From Caldilineae bacterium (lineage in GTDB: Bacteria > Chloroflexota > Anaerolineae > DTLA01): a stretch of DNA of 41,908 nt. Within the stretch, counting starts at the first letter, position 1; every line of letters begins with the position of its first letter. Location: assembly GCA_037446815.1 (NCBI GenBank), contig JBBIHX010000007.1, forward strand, positions 1 through 41,908, read 5' to 3'. Made by a program: the position numbers and the translations under genes. This document shows positions 14,457-24,086 of the stretch, piece by piece. The notes beneath the pieces are model-generated. The model had not been told where the DNA came from, did not search any database, and worked only from the letters and a program-made list of their open reading frames with translations.

Positions 14457-16961
14457 CTATTTGGAAACGGCCATCTTCAGGATGGTGCCTTTGTGGTCTA
14501 CCGTGATTTTCGCGATGAAGGGGCCGCGCAGCCCGTCGCCTTCGGGCGCTCCGCTGACGGTGAAGACGTATCGGTTCGCGACGGGGGCGGCCGTATGGGC
14601 AACCGCGCCCGAATGGCAACTGCCGGTGCATTGGCCGTTGCACAACACCTGCTGGCTTACGCGCACCTGCTTGGGCGCGAGCCACGGCAGGCGATGGCTG
14701 ATTTGCGACTGCACCTGCTGCATCAGGTCGCCGGGCACATCCGTGGCCGCCTGGTGCGCGCTGTGCTGACAGCACACGGCCAGCGATTTGCGCACTGTCG
14801 CCGATTGGGGCAGTTTGTCCCAGATGGGTTTCTGCCCTTCTATGGCGAGGGTGGGATCGCCGAACAGGTTGAAGGTGAGGAGGGTCTTCTGGTCTTCGCT
14901 GTCCAGGTAGCCCTGGCGGTTCATCAGGTCGTTGGCGAACGAGAGTTTGGCCCATTGGAGGGCCTGGCCGATGGGCAGTCCGCCTGTAACGGCGAGCCAG
15001 AAGAGCCGGCCGAGCAGGTCTGCACCGGCGAGCGGCGGCGTGAGCGAGCCGTAGGCCAGGCGCGTGGATCCCACGACGGCGCGCGCGCCCTCGTGCAAGA
15101 AGCGCAGCGCGATGGAGTCGTTGTGCGTGCGCCCGAGGATGTCCGCGCCGTAGCAGGCCTCGGTGAGGACGGTGGCCCCTGCTGCCCACGCTTCTGCGAT
15201 GTCGTCGGGCATCAGCGCGACGGGGAACAGCGGAAAGTCGGCGGCGAAATCGGGGTCGCGCTGGCCGTACCAGGACGGTTCGCCCTCCACGCCGTGCAGG
15301 TTGAAGTAGGCCAGGCGTGGCTTGCTCTGTGTGAGGACCGAGAACTCCTCGCGCGAGATGGGGGGCGACATGCGCAGGTGGCGCGCCTGCCCGATGACCT
15401 CAAACACGGCGCGCGACGCCTCTTTCCACACGCTGGCGGTGTATCCAAAACTGCCATCGGCAGGCGGGGTCTCGGCATCCCGCTTCCAAATGCGGGCGAT
15501 GGCTTTGAGGCCCTTGGCCGTCGCGGCGCGCTGCGATTCCTCGTGGGCCTTCGCGGCGTGGGCGATGAGGCGCAGGAACGCGTCGGCATCGTCGCAGTCG
15601 GGCAGGCGGCCGACGGCGCGCGTGGGGAGCAGCGACGAGCCGTTGCGCGCGGCATAGGGCGCGTCGGTGTAGATGTCTTCGTCCTGGTCGTCGGTCGGGT
15701 TGGGCACGCGGCAGCAGGGCACGATGTCGTCGCCGCCCAGGATGAGCACGTGGCGCAGGTCCTGGCCCTGCATGGTGAGGCCGTCGGCGAGGGAATCCAC
15801 GGCGGCCTTGACCTGCGCCGCGTCGCCAGGGTCTTCTACAGCCGTTCCGCCCAGCCCTGCCATCTGCTGGGGATCGTCCAGCGCCACGAAGTGGATGGCG
15901 CGGTTGTCGCCCGGCCCGATGGCCTGGACGAGGCGCTGTACAGCCTCGCCGAGGCGCTGGACGAACTCCGCGCCGAATTTGGCTTCCAGCGGGCCTTTGC
16001 ACGTGAGGATGGCGAGGGCCGATACGGCGGATGGTCGTTCTGGCGCGTCCTGTCCCGCAGCGCCCATCAGGTGGTCGGTGAGCCGCACCATCTCCACCTG
16101 GATGTCCTGCAGGGTGGGGCTGTCGGGTGCGGCTGGCGCATCGGCGATGGCGTCGGCGGACCGTCGGCCTTTGGCGGCGTGCCGCGATGAGCCGGCGGGG
16201 GCCGCGTCGGGCGGGTCAGACGGAGCGGCCCACAGGTGGCGGTAGTGGCCCTCCCCGCCGAAGGTGCGCTCGGCCACGATTCCGCTGGGGTCCAGGGCCT
16301 GGGCGGCGTGGAGCGAGGCCATGCCCGCCTCGGTCTGCCCTTGGCGCATCAGGATGTCGCCTCGGATAAGGGCGGCCTTGACGAAGTTGGGCCACGCGGC
16401 GGCAATCTGCTCCAACGCGGACATGGCTTCCTCCAGCCGCTCCAAGCGCCACAGCGTCTCAGCAAGGCCTAGCCACGCTTCGGGAAGGAATGGGTCGGAG
16501 CGGGTGATGGCCTGGTACTCGGGCAACGCGCCGCCCCAGTTGACCGACAGTTTCAGGCGCGTGGCCCTGCCGAGGGGAGAAGCCTCGCCGGTGGATTTCA
16601 GGTTCAGAAGGGATGGGAGCCGATCGCCCAGGACTAGACTCTGGTCGGCGGCGGACGGGCAAAGGGCGAAGGCGCGCACAAACTGGCGCGCGGATTGCTC
16701 GGACTCTCCGATGGCGCGCAACGCCTCGGCAAGGGCCAGGCGACATTCGGCGTTCTCGGGGTCCAGGCCCAGGGCCGTGTCCAGCAGGAGGCGCGCCTGT
16801 TGAGGCTCGCCGAGGCGCAGCCATGCGACGGCTCCGAGGAACAGTCCGCGCAGGTGCCCTGGGTACTGGCGCACGAGCGCCTCGGTTTGCTCTAGCGCCT
16901 CGCGCGCTTGGTTTTGTCTGATGTAGGATTCGGCCGCGTTGCAGATGTCTTTGCCTTTCAC
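14457..16961 (-). CDS. N-terminal TPR plus peptidase C25 (gingipain-like, caspase/hemoglobinase fold) protein (834 aa)
   Basis: TPR repeats in the first ~240 aa. C25-type motifs VLILGGDDIVP, TDAPYA, AVGRLP, YFNLHG (His556), TEACYG (Cys603) and FNLFGDP. GTG start at 16961 with GGGAG SD; an alternative ATG at 17015 is possible. No signal peptide. Confidence 0.8.
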   Translation of the reverse strand: MKGKDICNAAESYIRQNQAREALEQTEALVRQYPGHLRGLFLGAVAWLRLGEPQQARLLLDTALGLDPENAECRLALAEALRAIGESEQSARQFVRAFALCPSAADQSLVLGDRLPSLLNLKSTGEASPLGRATRLKLSVNWGGALPEYQAITRSDPFLPEAWLGLAETLWRLERLEEAMSALEQIAAAWPNFVKAALIRGDILMRQGQTEAGMASLHAAQALDPSGIVAERTFGGEGHYRHLWAAPSDPPDAAPAGSSRHAAKGRRSADAIADAPAAPDSPTLQDIQVEMVRLTDHLMGAAGQDAPERPSAVSALAILTCKGPLEAKFGAEFVQRLGEAVQRLVQAIGPGDNRAIHFVALDDPQQMAGLGGTAVEDPGDAAQVKAAVDSLADGLTMQGQDLRHVLILGGDDIVPCCRVPNPTDDQDEDIYTDAPYAARNGSSLLPTRAVGRLPDCDDADAFLRLIAHAAKAHEESQRAATAKGLKAIARIWKRDAETPPADGSFGYTASVWKEASRAVFEVIGQARHLRMSPPISREEFSVLTQSKPRLAYFNLHGVEGEPSWYGQRDPDFAADFPLFPVALMPDDIAEAWAAGATVLTEACYGADILGRTHNDSIALRFLHEGARAVVGSTRLAYGSLTPPLAGADLLGRLFWLAVTGGLPIGQALQWAKLSFANDLMNRQGYLDSEDQKTLLTFNLFGDPTLAIEGQKPIWDKLPQSATVRKSLAVCCQHSAHQAATDVPGDLMQQVQSQISHRLPWLAPKQVRVSQQVLCNGQCTGSCHSGAVAHTAAPVANRYVFTVSGAPEGDGLRGPFIAKITVDHKGTILKMAVSK

Positions 16962-17037
16962 GTCTCTACTCCCGTATCCGAACAGGGTAGGGTCATCTCG
17001 GCGGGCGCGGTGCATCCACCAGTCCGCCCACGTGGGC

Positions 17038-20000
17038 CTAGGCGGCGCTGGGTTCTTTGCTGATGAAGCCCAGGGCGCTCACCGTGGCCAGTTGCTTGTA
17101 CGCTTCGGCGTTGCCCGGCTCCAGGCGGACGGCATGGCGGAACATCTCGGCCGCCTTGCCGTACTCCTTTGTGCGCTTGTACAGGAGGCCAGATTTGACA
17201 TAATATTCGGCGTTCTGGGCGTTGATTTGGATGGCGCGCTGGTAGGCGCGCTGCGCCTCCTCAATGCGATCCTGCTGCTCGTAGGCTGTCCCCAGCAGAT
17301 ACTGGGCTTCGGCGTCGGAGGGCAGGAGGTCCACCAGTTTCTGGAAGTGGGCGGTGGCCTTCTCCTTGTATCCCAATTGGGCGCAGAGCAGGCCCAGGCG
17401 ACGATGGGCTTCGGCATGCTTCGGGTTCAGGACGATGGCCTGTTGGTACGCCTGCAGGGCCTCGTCGGCGCGCTCCTGCTCGCGGAAGATGTCGCCCAGC
17501 GCCACGTAGGGTTCGGCCTCTCCCGGCGCGAGATTGATGGCCGCTTCCAGGCACTGCGTGGCCTCGTGGTATTGGCCGAGGTTCTTGAAGGCCAGGCCCA
17601 CGTGGAGGCAGTGGCGCGCGTTTTTGGGTTCCAGCGAGAGGGCGCGGCGGAAGTGGCCGAGGGCTTCGTTCCACCGGCCCGCGGCGGCGTAGAGATTGCC
17701 CAGTGCCTCGTGGGCAGGGGCGTAGTCGCCCTTTCGGGTGATTGCCTCTTTGAGCACGTTGATGGCGTCTTCGGGCTTTCCGTCGTCCTGCAGCACCGCT
17801 GCCAGGCTGAGGTAATACGCAGGCTCGTCAGGAGCGGCCTCAATGGCCTTTTGCAAGGCGGCGCGCGCCTGTTTAGGTTGCTTCGCCTTGAGGTACATTT
17901 CCCCGAGCGCTGCCAGGTCGGCGGCTTTCGGTTCCAGCGCCACGGCTTTTTCCAGCAGGGCGGCGGCGGCCGAGTGGCGGCCCATTCCGGCGTAGGCCTT
18001 GGCGGCCAGGCGGTAGTAGTCGGTCGCGCCAGGCTGGAGTTTGATGGCCTTGAGCAGGCATTCCAGGGCGGATTGGTACTGCGCTTCGGCGATGAGCATC
18101 TCAGCGAGTTCTGCCTGCCAGGGGGCCACGTCGGCGGCCAGGCTCAAGGCGGCCTGTAGGGCCTCGCGTGCTTCTGCGGGGCGACCGGCGGCGCGTAGCG
18201 CCCGGCTCAGCGCATGGTGATAGATTGCCTCTTGGGGCCGCTCTTGGGCCGCCCGCGAGAGGTGGGCAGCGGCCTCGTGCGGGTCGCTCTGCTCAAGAAG
18301 GGCCATCCCCAGATGGTAGTGCAATTCGTCTGTGCCCAGGCCCATGCTTTCGGCCGCACGCAGTTCCTGGTAGGCTTGCGCGGGCTGGCCCAAGCGACGC
18401 TTGAGGATGCCGAGCGCCAGGCGGATGGGCGCGTGAGTGGGCGACAGCGCCGCTGCCCGCTGGAGCAGGGACAGAGCCTCGTCGGTCTGGCCGGTTTCCG
18501 CCAGCAGCAGTCCAAGTTCGGCGCTCGCGTCGGGGTTGGCGAGCTGGGCCTCGGCCAGTTCGGTCAGGGCGCTCATGCTCTCGGATAGGGCCTCTCCGTC
18601 CACGTGCCGCGGCTTGAGCCCCAGGGCCTGCTCGTGGCGTGCCTGGGCAAGATCGCGGCGGACGCGACCTGCCAGGGCAAGGATGTAGCGCGGCTCCGAC
18701 GGGGCGAGTTTGTACGCGCGTTTGAGCGCTGCTGCGGCGTCGCCGTCGTTGCCGATGGCCTCATGGGCCAGGCCCAACAGGTAGTGGGCCTCTGGCTGGG
18801 CGGCGTCCAAGCGGGTGGCCTGCTCCAGGATGGGCAGGGCTTGGGCGGCCCGATGGGCGCGGAGCATCGCGCGTCCCAGGGCCAGGGCGTAGGCCTGGCT
18901 GGCCGGGGCCAGTTCGGCGGCCCGTTGCCATTCGGCGATGGCCTGCTCCAGGTTGCCGGCCGCTTCGTGCAACTCGGCCATCTCGGCGTGAGATGCGGCG
19001 TCGTCGGGCGCGGCCTGGAGCACATGGGCGAGCGCCTGGATGGCGTCGGAGGTTCGCCCCTGCTTGCGGAGGGCGGCAGCGAGGCCGCGCTGAACCTCGG
19101 TGTTTTCGGGTTCCAGCGTGGCCGCGTTCTGGTACGCTTTCAGGGCCTCGTCCATGCGGCCCTGGCTCTCGTAGATTTGACCCAGGAGCGCGTAGTGGCT
19201 GGCGATGGTGCCGTCTCGGTCAATGGCGGTGCGGAGGCTCTTCTCGGCATCCAGGGCGCGGCCCATTTGCCACTGCACGCGGGCCAACATGCCCCAGTTG
19301 ACCGAGTCGCCCGGGTCCAGGCGGAGTGCGTGCTCCAGTTCCTCCAGGGCCTCCTCAAGCCGCCCTTGCTCGGCCAGGATGGAGCCTGCGGCGCGGTGCG
19401 CGAGGCTGCTGGCAACATCGCCGTCGCGTGCGGCTTCTTTCAGGAGGCGCAGGGCCTGTTCGGCCTTGCCCAGTTTGTGGAGCGAGAGGCCGATGCGCTG
19501 GAGCGCCTGAGCGTCGTCGCCGCAGACCTCGGCGGCGCGGGTGTAGGCGCGTTCGGCTTCCTGGGCCAGGTTCTGGGCGGCGTACAGGTCGCCCAGGTCG
19601 CACAGGATGGACGGGTCGCCGGGTTCCAGCGTGGCCGCGCGACGCAACATCTCGTAGGCTTCGCCGACCTGCCCGTTCTGCGCCAGGAGCGCTCCCAGGC
19701 GGCTGTGGTAGTGGGCGTTGTCGGGCGCGATCTCCAGGGCGCGCCGGTACTGCTTGATGGCCTCGCCCAGCCAGCCCTTGTGCCCGAAGGCCTCGCCTAG
19801 TTGCGCGTGGAGCGCGGGATCGTCGGGCATGAGGCTGATAGCGGATTCCAGCACAGCGATGGCCTCGTCGGGTTCGGCGACCTGGCTCTGGGAAATGGCC
19901 AGCGAGCGGCGGTATTCGTGGCGTTCGGGGGCCAACTCCACCGCTCTGCGGAGCGATGCGATGGCGGCATCCATCTGCCCCTGCTCCTGGTACAGGATGC

Positions 20001-23000
20001 CCATCTCGTGGTGCGCCTGGGCCAGGGAGGGGTCTGCGGACAGGGCTGCCGACAGCGCCCGCCGGGCCTCATCCCGCATTCCCAGGACACGGCACAGTCG
20101 GCCGTAGAGGGTCTGCGCCTGCGCCCAGTTGGGGCGGAGTTCCACGGCGCGCTTGCAATGGCCGAGAGCGAGTTTCTCCTGGCCTTCCTGCCCGAGGATG
20201 TCCGCCATCTCCAGGAGGGCTTCCGGGCAGTTGGGCGAGAGTTCTAGCGCGCGCTGGAACGCGGACTTGGCCGCTTTGGTATCGCCGGCCTGGCGCAGGA
20301 CTCGGCCCATGGCCGCGTGGTAGCGGGCTTGCATGGAATCCAGCGCGGCGGCCTGCCCGAATTCGCGCAGGGCGTCGGCCCAGTTGCGGTCCAACTCGTG
20401 CAGGACGCCCATTTCGTAGTGCACCGATGCTTGGTCGGGCGCCATCTGGAGGGCCTGCGTGAGCGTGGACTTCGCGCCTTCCAGGTCGCCAGCCTGTTTC
20501 TGCATGTCGGCCAGGCGGATGCGGTACGGCAGCGCCGAAGGGGCCAGGGCGACTGCTTTCTGGAGCGCATCCACCGCCTTGGGGATATCGTTGCCCAGGG
20601 CGTGGATTTCGGCCAGTTGGGCGTGCAGTTCCGGCTGGCTGGGGGCCAGTTTGAGCGCGGCGAGGGCTTCTTCCCGCGCCTCGTTCAGGCGGCCCAGTTT
20701 GGCGGCGGCCGACGCGATGCGCTGGCGGTAGAGCCACTCGGCGGGGGCGAGGGCGCTGGCCTGCCGATAGTGGCCGAGGGCGCGCTCCACGTCGCCCATG
20801 TCGGCGTACACCTCGCCGATTTGGAACTGGGCGCGGGGGTCGCCGGGCGCGGTAGCCACAGCCTGCGAGAGCAGGGTCGCGGCGCGGGCGCTCTCGCCGA
20901 GCCGGTGCAGGACAGAGCCGAGCCGAAGCGTTGGCTCAATGGATTTTGGCAGGAGTTGCGCGGCCTTCTCATAGACGCCGCGGGCCTGGGCCAAGTGGTC
21001 GTTCTTCTCCAGAAGGATGCCCAATTGCAGATAGGCGGCCCCGGCCTCGGGGTTCATGTCCAGGGCCTTGTCCAGGGTGGCCTGAGCCTCGTCAAAGAGG
21101 CCGAGCGCCGTCTCCACGCGGGCTACATCCACCAGCGCGTCGGCGTCGGTGGGCGCGAGGCGGGCCGCGGTGCGATAGGCTTCTAGCGCGGCCTCCAGGT
21201 TGCCCTTGTCCTCATGGATGGCGCCGGCGGCTCGGTGCGCCTCGGCGACGTTGGGGTTCTCGCGCAAGATGGCCTGTATCTCGTTCATGGCATCATCCGA
21301 CTGCCCCAACTTCTGGAATAAACGGGCCGTGGCAAGACGGTAGCGAGGCTCACTTGGGTCAATGACCGACGCCTGGCGGTATGCGTTGATGGCCTGGGCC
21401 AGTTCGCCTTGTTTCTCCAGCAGGTCGCCGAGTTCGGACATCCACTGGGCCTGACCCGGGCGGGATTCCAACGCGCGGCGGTACAGCTCAACGGCCAGGC
21501 CGCGGCGGCCCAGATGGCCTTCGGCCTGGGCCAGGTGTCGCAGATACTCAGCGTCGCCGGACGAGAGTTCTACGGCATCTTGGAAGCGGGCGCGGGCGCC
21601 TTGCCAGTCGCCTGCATCGGCGAGGAGCGCGCCGAGTTCGTCGTACCACTCAGCGCGGTCGGGCTGGAGCGCGATGGCCTGTTGCATGCGGGCGATGGCC
21701 TCATCCCGCATGCCCTGCTCGGCCAAAACGAGCGCGGCCAGGCGCAGGTAGTGCCCATCGCCCGGGGCCAGTTGGATGGCCTGCCGGTAGGCCGCGAGCG
21801 CCTCTCCGAGCCAGCCGCGCTGTTGGTAGGCGCGGCCCAGTTCGGCGAGGATGGCGGGGTTGTTGGGTAGCAGGGAGCCCGCCCGCTGCAGGCGCTCAAT
21901 GGCCTCGCCGGGCCTCCCCAGGCGATTGAGGGCAACGCCTGCCCAATAGTGGTGTTCAGGGGCGTTGGGCTGGCGGGCGAGGGCCAGGCGGAATTGCGAC
22001 AGGGCTTCCTCGCCGCGGCCCTCGGCCAGGTGGATGAGCCCTTGCTCGGCGCAGATGACGGCATACAGCGCCGATGCTTCATCCTGCGCGCGTTGCAATT
22101 CGGACTGGGCGCGGTCGGGCTCGTTCATGAGTCGGAGGAGCGTGCCGCGCTCCAGGTGGCGGGCGAGGCGCCCGACGTCAAGGGAGCGTTCGGGGTGGTG
22201 GAGGTCGGCGATGGCGTCCGTCGCGCGATCTTCGTCCGAGACAGCAGGCTCTTGCGGCATCAACGCCTGGAGCAGATAAGCGCCGGCCTCGGGTTCGCCT
22301 GCGTTCATCAGCGCCGCGCCGAGGCTGCGAAGGGTCTCGGCGGGGATGCCCGCGTCCTTGAGGCTGCGCACGACCTTGCCCAGCCGATCGGGTGGCAGGC
22401 TCTGCCGGAAGGCACGGGCAGCTAGGGGAGCAAGGGATGGGCTGCCCGCCTGGAGCAGCCGGGCGATGGCGCGTTCCGGCTCGGGGTGCAGCGAAACGTA
22501 CATCTCCCAGAGGGCGGGGTTGTCGCGCGCCAGGGCCACTTCCTGCGACTCGCTGAGATGGTCGCGCAGGGCGAGGGCGGCCAGATACCGCTGCAACGCC
22601 CGATGCGGGAATCGCACGCCGGAGTCGGGCGCGTCCACCAGGAGGCCCATCTGTTTGGCCGAAGCCAGCGCCCCGGTCTTTTGGCCCGTGGCGTGGCGCA
22701 ACAGGATCTCGTTGGCCTGATGCGCGCTGATGGCGTCGTGCCCCTGGCGCTCCATGTGCTCTGCCAGGGCCGCCAGCCCCATGGCGCGCAGTGCTTGCTC
22801 GGGCGAAGGGGAGGCATTGCCCTTGTCGGCGAGGATGCGGGCCAGCGCCGCGAGGACGATCTGGGCAAGGTTCCACCACGGGACCTGGGTCAAGGTCTCC
22901 AGGAGTTCCAGCACAATGGACAGGAACAGGGGCAGGTGAACCATGTCCCAGAGGACGCTGTCTCGCCGCAAGATGCGGTTGACCCGCCGCCGCTGCTCGC

Positions 23001-23667
23001 CGGTGAGCCTGGACGAGAGGATGGCGGTGATGTCATCATCGGACAGCGGGCCCAGACGGACGGCGGGGATGTCGGGCAGTCCCCAGGCGGCCCCAGGCCA
23101 GGCTTCGGGCCGGGCTGCGAACACGGCTTTGACCCTGGCGTTGGCTTGGGTCGCGGCGTCGCATATCTCGCGAACCCATTTGGGGCAGGGCGCCGCGCCT
23201 ATGCGATCCGCTTGGTCTACCAGGAATAGCAGCGATGCGCCGTCTAGCCACCGGCGGGTTGCATCGTCAGCAGTGCTGACGCCATATTTCTCCAGCGCCT
23301 GGGAGACGATGCCTTCGGGCGAGGCGTCGGAAGGGCACGCCTCTGCGTCCACAAGGATGGGAACGGGGAGCGTTGTGCCCTCATCCGGCGCGGCGAGGAG
23401 AACGCGGTTGGCCGTTTCGTGGGCCAGGTAGGCCAGGAGCGTGCTCTTGCCGGCGAGCGGCTCGCCGAGAACGAGGGTGAGCGGCCACATCGCGATGAGA
23501 CTTGCGATGTCTTCGGCGCGACCCTGGGCGGCGGCTCGGATCGCCGAGGTGGGCTGCAAATAGGATTGCCAGGCATGGAGCAACCGCTCGTCGCGCAGCA
23601 GGGCCTGCAGGTAGTCGGTGGCAGGTCCGCCGGCGGGAGCGCCCTTGGAGGAATGTTTGGCAGCCAC
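17038..23667 (-). CDS. STAND/NACHT NTPase with a very long TPR array (2209 aa)
   Basis: Walker A LVLGEPLAGKST, Walker B LLFLVDQADR, sensor AARP, HD1 HLPLFL and winged-helix FPHRALQRYLAA. About 1600 aa of contiguous 34-aa TPR units follow (roughly 40-45 by length). GTG start with AGGGGG SD. Confidence 0.88.
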   Translation of the reverse strand: MAAKHSSKGAPAGGPATDYLQALLRDERLLHAWQSYLQPTSAIRAAAQGRAEDIASLIAMWPLTLVLGEPLAGKSTLLAYLAHETANRVLLAAPDEGTTLPVPILVDAEACPSDASPEGIVSQALEKYGVSTADDATRRWLDGASLLFLVDQADRIGAAPCPKWVREICDAATQANARVKAVFAARPEAWPGAAWGLPDIPAVRLGPLSDDDITAILSSRLTGEQRRRVNRILRRDSVLWDMVHLPLFLSIVLELLETLTQVPWWNLAQIVLAALARILADKGNASPSPEQALRAMGLAALAEHMERQGHDAISAHQANEILLRHATGQKTGALASAKQMGLLVDAPDSGVRFPHRALQRYLAALALRDHLSESQEVALARDNPALWEMYVSLHPEPERAIARLLQAGSPSLAPLAARAFRQSLPPDRLGKVVRSLKDAGIPAETLRSLGAALMNAGEPEAGAYLLQALMPQEPAVSDEDRATDAIADLHHPERSLDVGRLARHLERGTLLRLMNEPDRAQSELQRAQDEASALYAVICAEQGLIHLAEGRGEEALSQFRLALARQPNAPEHHYWAGVALNRLGRPGEAIERLQRAGSLLPNNPAILAELGRAYQQRGWLGEALAAYRQAIQLAPGDGHYLRLAALVLAEQGMRDEAIARMQQAIALQPDRAEWYDELGALLADAGDWQGARARFQDAVELSSGDAEYLRHLAQAEGHLGRRGLAVELYRRALESRPGQAQWMSELGDLLEKQGELAQAINAYRQASVIDPSEPRYRLATARLFQKLGQSDDAMNEIQAILRENPNVAEAHRAAGAIHEDKGNLEAALEAYRTAARLAPTDADALVDVARVETALGLFDEAQATLDKALDMNPEAGAAYLQLGILLEKNDHLAQARGVYEKAAQLLPKSIEPTLRLGSVLHRLGESARAATLLSQAVATAPGDPRAQFQIGEVYADMGDVERALGHYRQASALAPAEWLYRQRIASAAAKLGRLNEAREEALAALKLAPSQPELHAQLAEIHALGNDIPKAVDALQKAVALAPSALPYRIRLADMQKQAGDLEGAKSTLTQALQMAPDQASVHYEMGVLHELDRNWADALREFGQAAALDSMQARYHAAMGRVLRQAGDTKAAKSAFQRALELSPNCPEALLEMADILGQEGQEKLALGHCKRAVELRPNWAQAQTLYGRLCRVLGMRDEARRALSAALSADPSLAQAHHEMGILYQEQGQMDAAIASLRRAVELAPERHEYRRSLAISQSQVAEPDEAIAVLESAISLMPDDPALHAQLGEAFGHKGWLGEAIKQYRRALEIAPDNAHYHSRLGALLAQNGQVGEAYEMLRRAATLEPGDPSILCDLGDLYAAQNLAQEAERAYTRAAEVCGDDAQALQRIGLSLHKLGKAEQALRLLKEAARDGDVASSLAHRAAGSILAEQGRLEEALEELEHALRLDPGDSVNWGMLARVQWQMGRALDAEKSLRTAIDRDGTIASHYALLGQIYESQGRMDEALKAYQNAATLEPENTEVQRGLAAALRKQGRTSDAIQALAHVLQAAPDDAASHAEMAELHEAAGNLEQAIAEWQRAAELAPASQAYALALGRAMLRAHRAAQALPILEQATRLDAAQPEAHYLLGLAHEAIGNDGDAAAALKRAYKLAPSEPRYILALAGRVRRDLAQARHEQALGLKPRHVDGEALSESMSALTELAEAQLANPDASAELGLLLAETGQTDEALSLLQRAAALSPTHAPIRLALGILKRRLGQPAQAYQELRAAESMGLGTDELHYHLGMALLEQSDPHEAAAHLSRAAQERPQEAIYHHALSRALRAAGRPAEAREALQAALSLAADVAPWQAELAEMLIAEAQYQSALECLLKAIKLQPGATDYYRLAAKAYAGMGRHSAAAALLEKAVALEPKAADLAALGEMYLKAKQPKQARAALQKAIEAAPDEPAYYLSLAAVLQDDGKPEDAINVLKEAITRKGDYAPAHEALGNLYAAAGRWNEALGHFRRALSLEPKNARHCLHVGLAFKNLGQYHEATQCLEAAINLAPGEAEPYVALGDIFREQERADEALQAYQQAIVLNPKHAEAHRRLGLLCAQLGYKEKATAHFQKLVDLLPSDAEAQYLLGTAYEQQDRIEEAQRAYQRAIQINAQNAEYYVKSGLLYKRTKEYGKAAEMFRHAVRLEPGNAEAYKQLATVSALGFISKEPSAA

Positions 23668-23679
23668 GGTTCACCCCCT

Positions 23680-23991
23680 CTAGATTTTGGAGATCATCCA
23701 GAACGCGACAAGACAGATGACGATGCCGCCGCAGCAGAGGAATACGCCGATGCCGACCGCGGTCCGAATGAGTTGGCTCACGGCTTCCACCAGGCGGGCG
23801 GCCGAGTCAATGATGGGCGCGATGCCGTCTTCCAGAGCGGCCCGGGTTCCGATTTTCGCCGACTGGGCCGACAGGGTGCGCATGGTCTGCTGATAGTCGC
23901 GGGCCAAGATGGTCCAGAGGCCGGCGGCGCATGCGGCGACGCCGATGACAAAGAGGGTGATCGCCATTCCGAGTTGCAAGTTGGTGATCAT
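23680..23991 (-). CDS. Small two-transmembrane-helix protein of unknown function (103 aa)
   Basis: MITNLQLGMAITLFVIGVAACAAGLWTILA (TM1), an amphipathic helical middle, then AVGIGVFLCCGGIVICLVAFWMISKI (TM2). AAGGGG SD; 12 nt from the NACHT start. Confidence 0.8.
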   Translation of the reverse strand: MITNLQLGMAITLFVIGVAACAAGLWTILARDYQQTMRTLSAQSAKIGTRAALEDGIAPIIDSAARLVEAVSQLIRTAVGIGVFLCCGGIVICLVAFWMISKI

Positions 23992-24086
23992 ATGCAAGCC
24001 CCTTTCTGGAAGAATCCATGAAATTCGGTCATGCACGTGAATGGATTCGCGCATGTTGCCGACTGCGCGTCTTTCACCCAGAGGGT

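Noticed and set aside
17100-22150. Recurring ~102-nt periodic nucleotide similarity
   Set aside because: Explained by TPR coding; there are no exact DNA-level repeats.
23680-23991. Possible gasdermin next to the NACHT and caspase-fold protease genes
   Set aside because: At 103 aa with two hydrophobic helices it is too short and of the wrong structural class for a beta-barrel-forming gasdermin. No other candidate is in the window.
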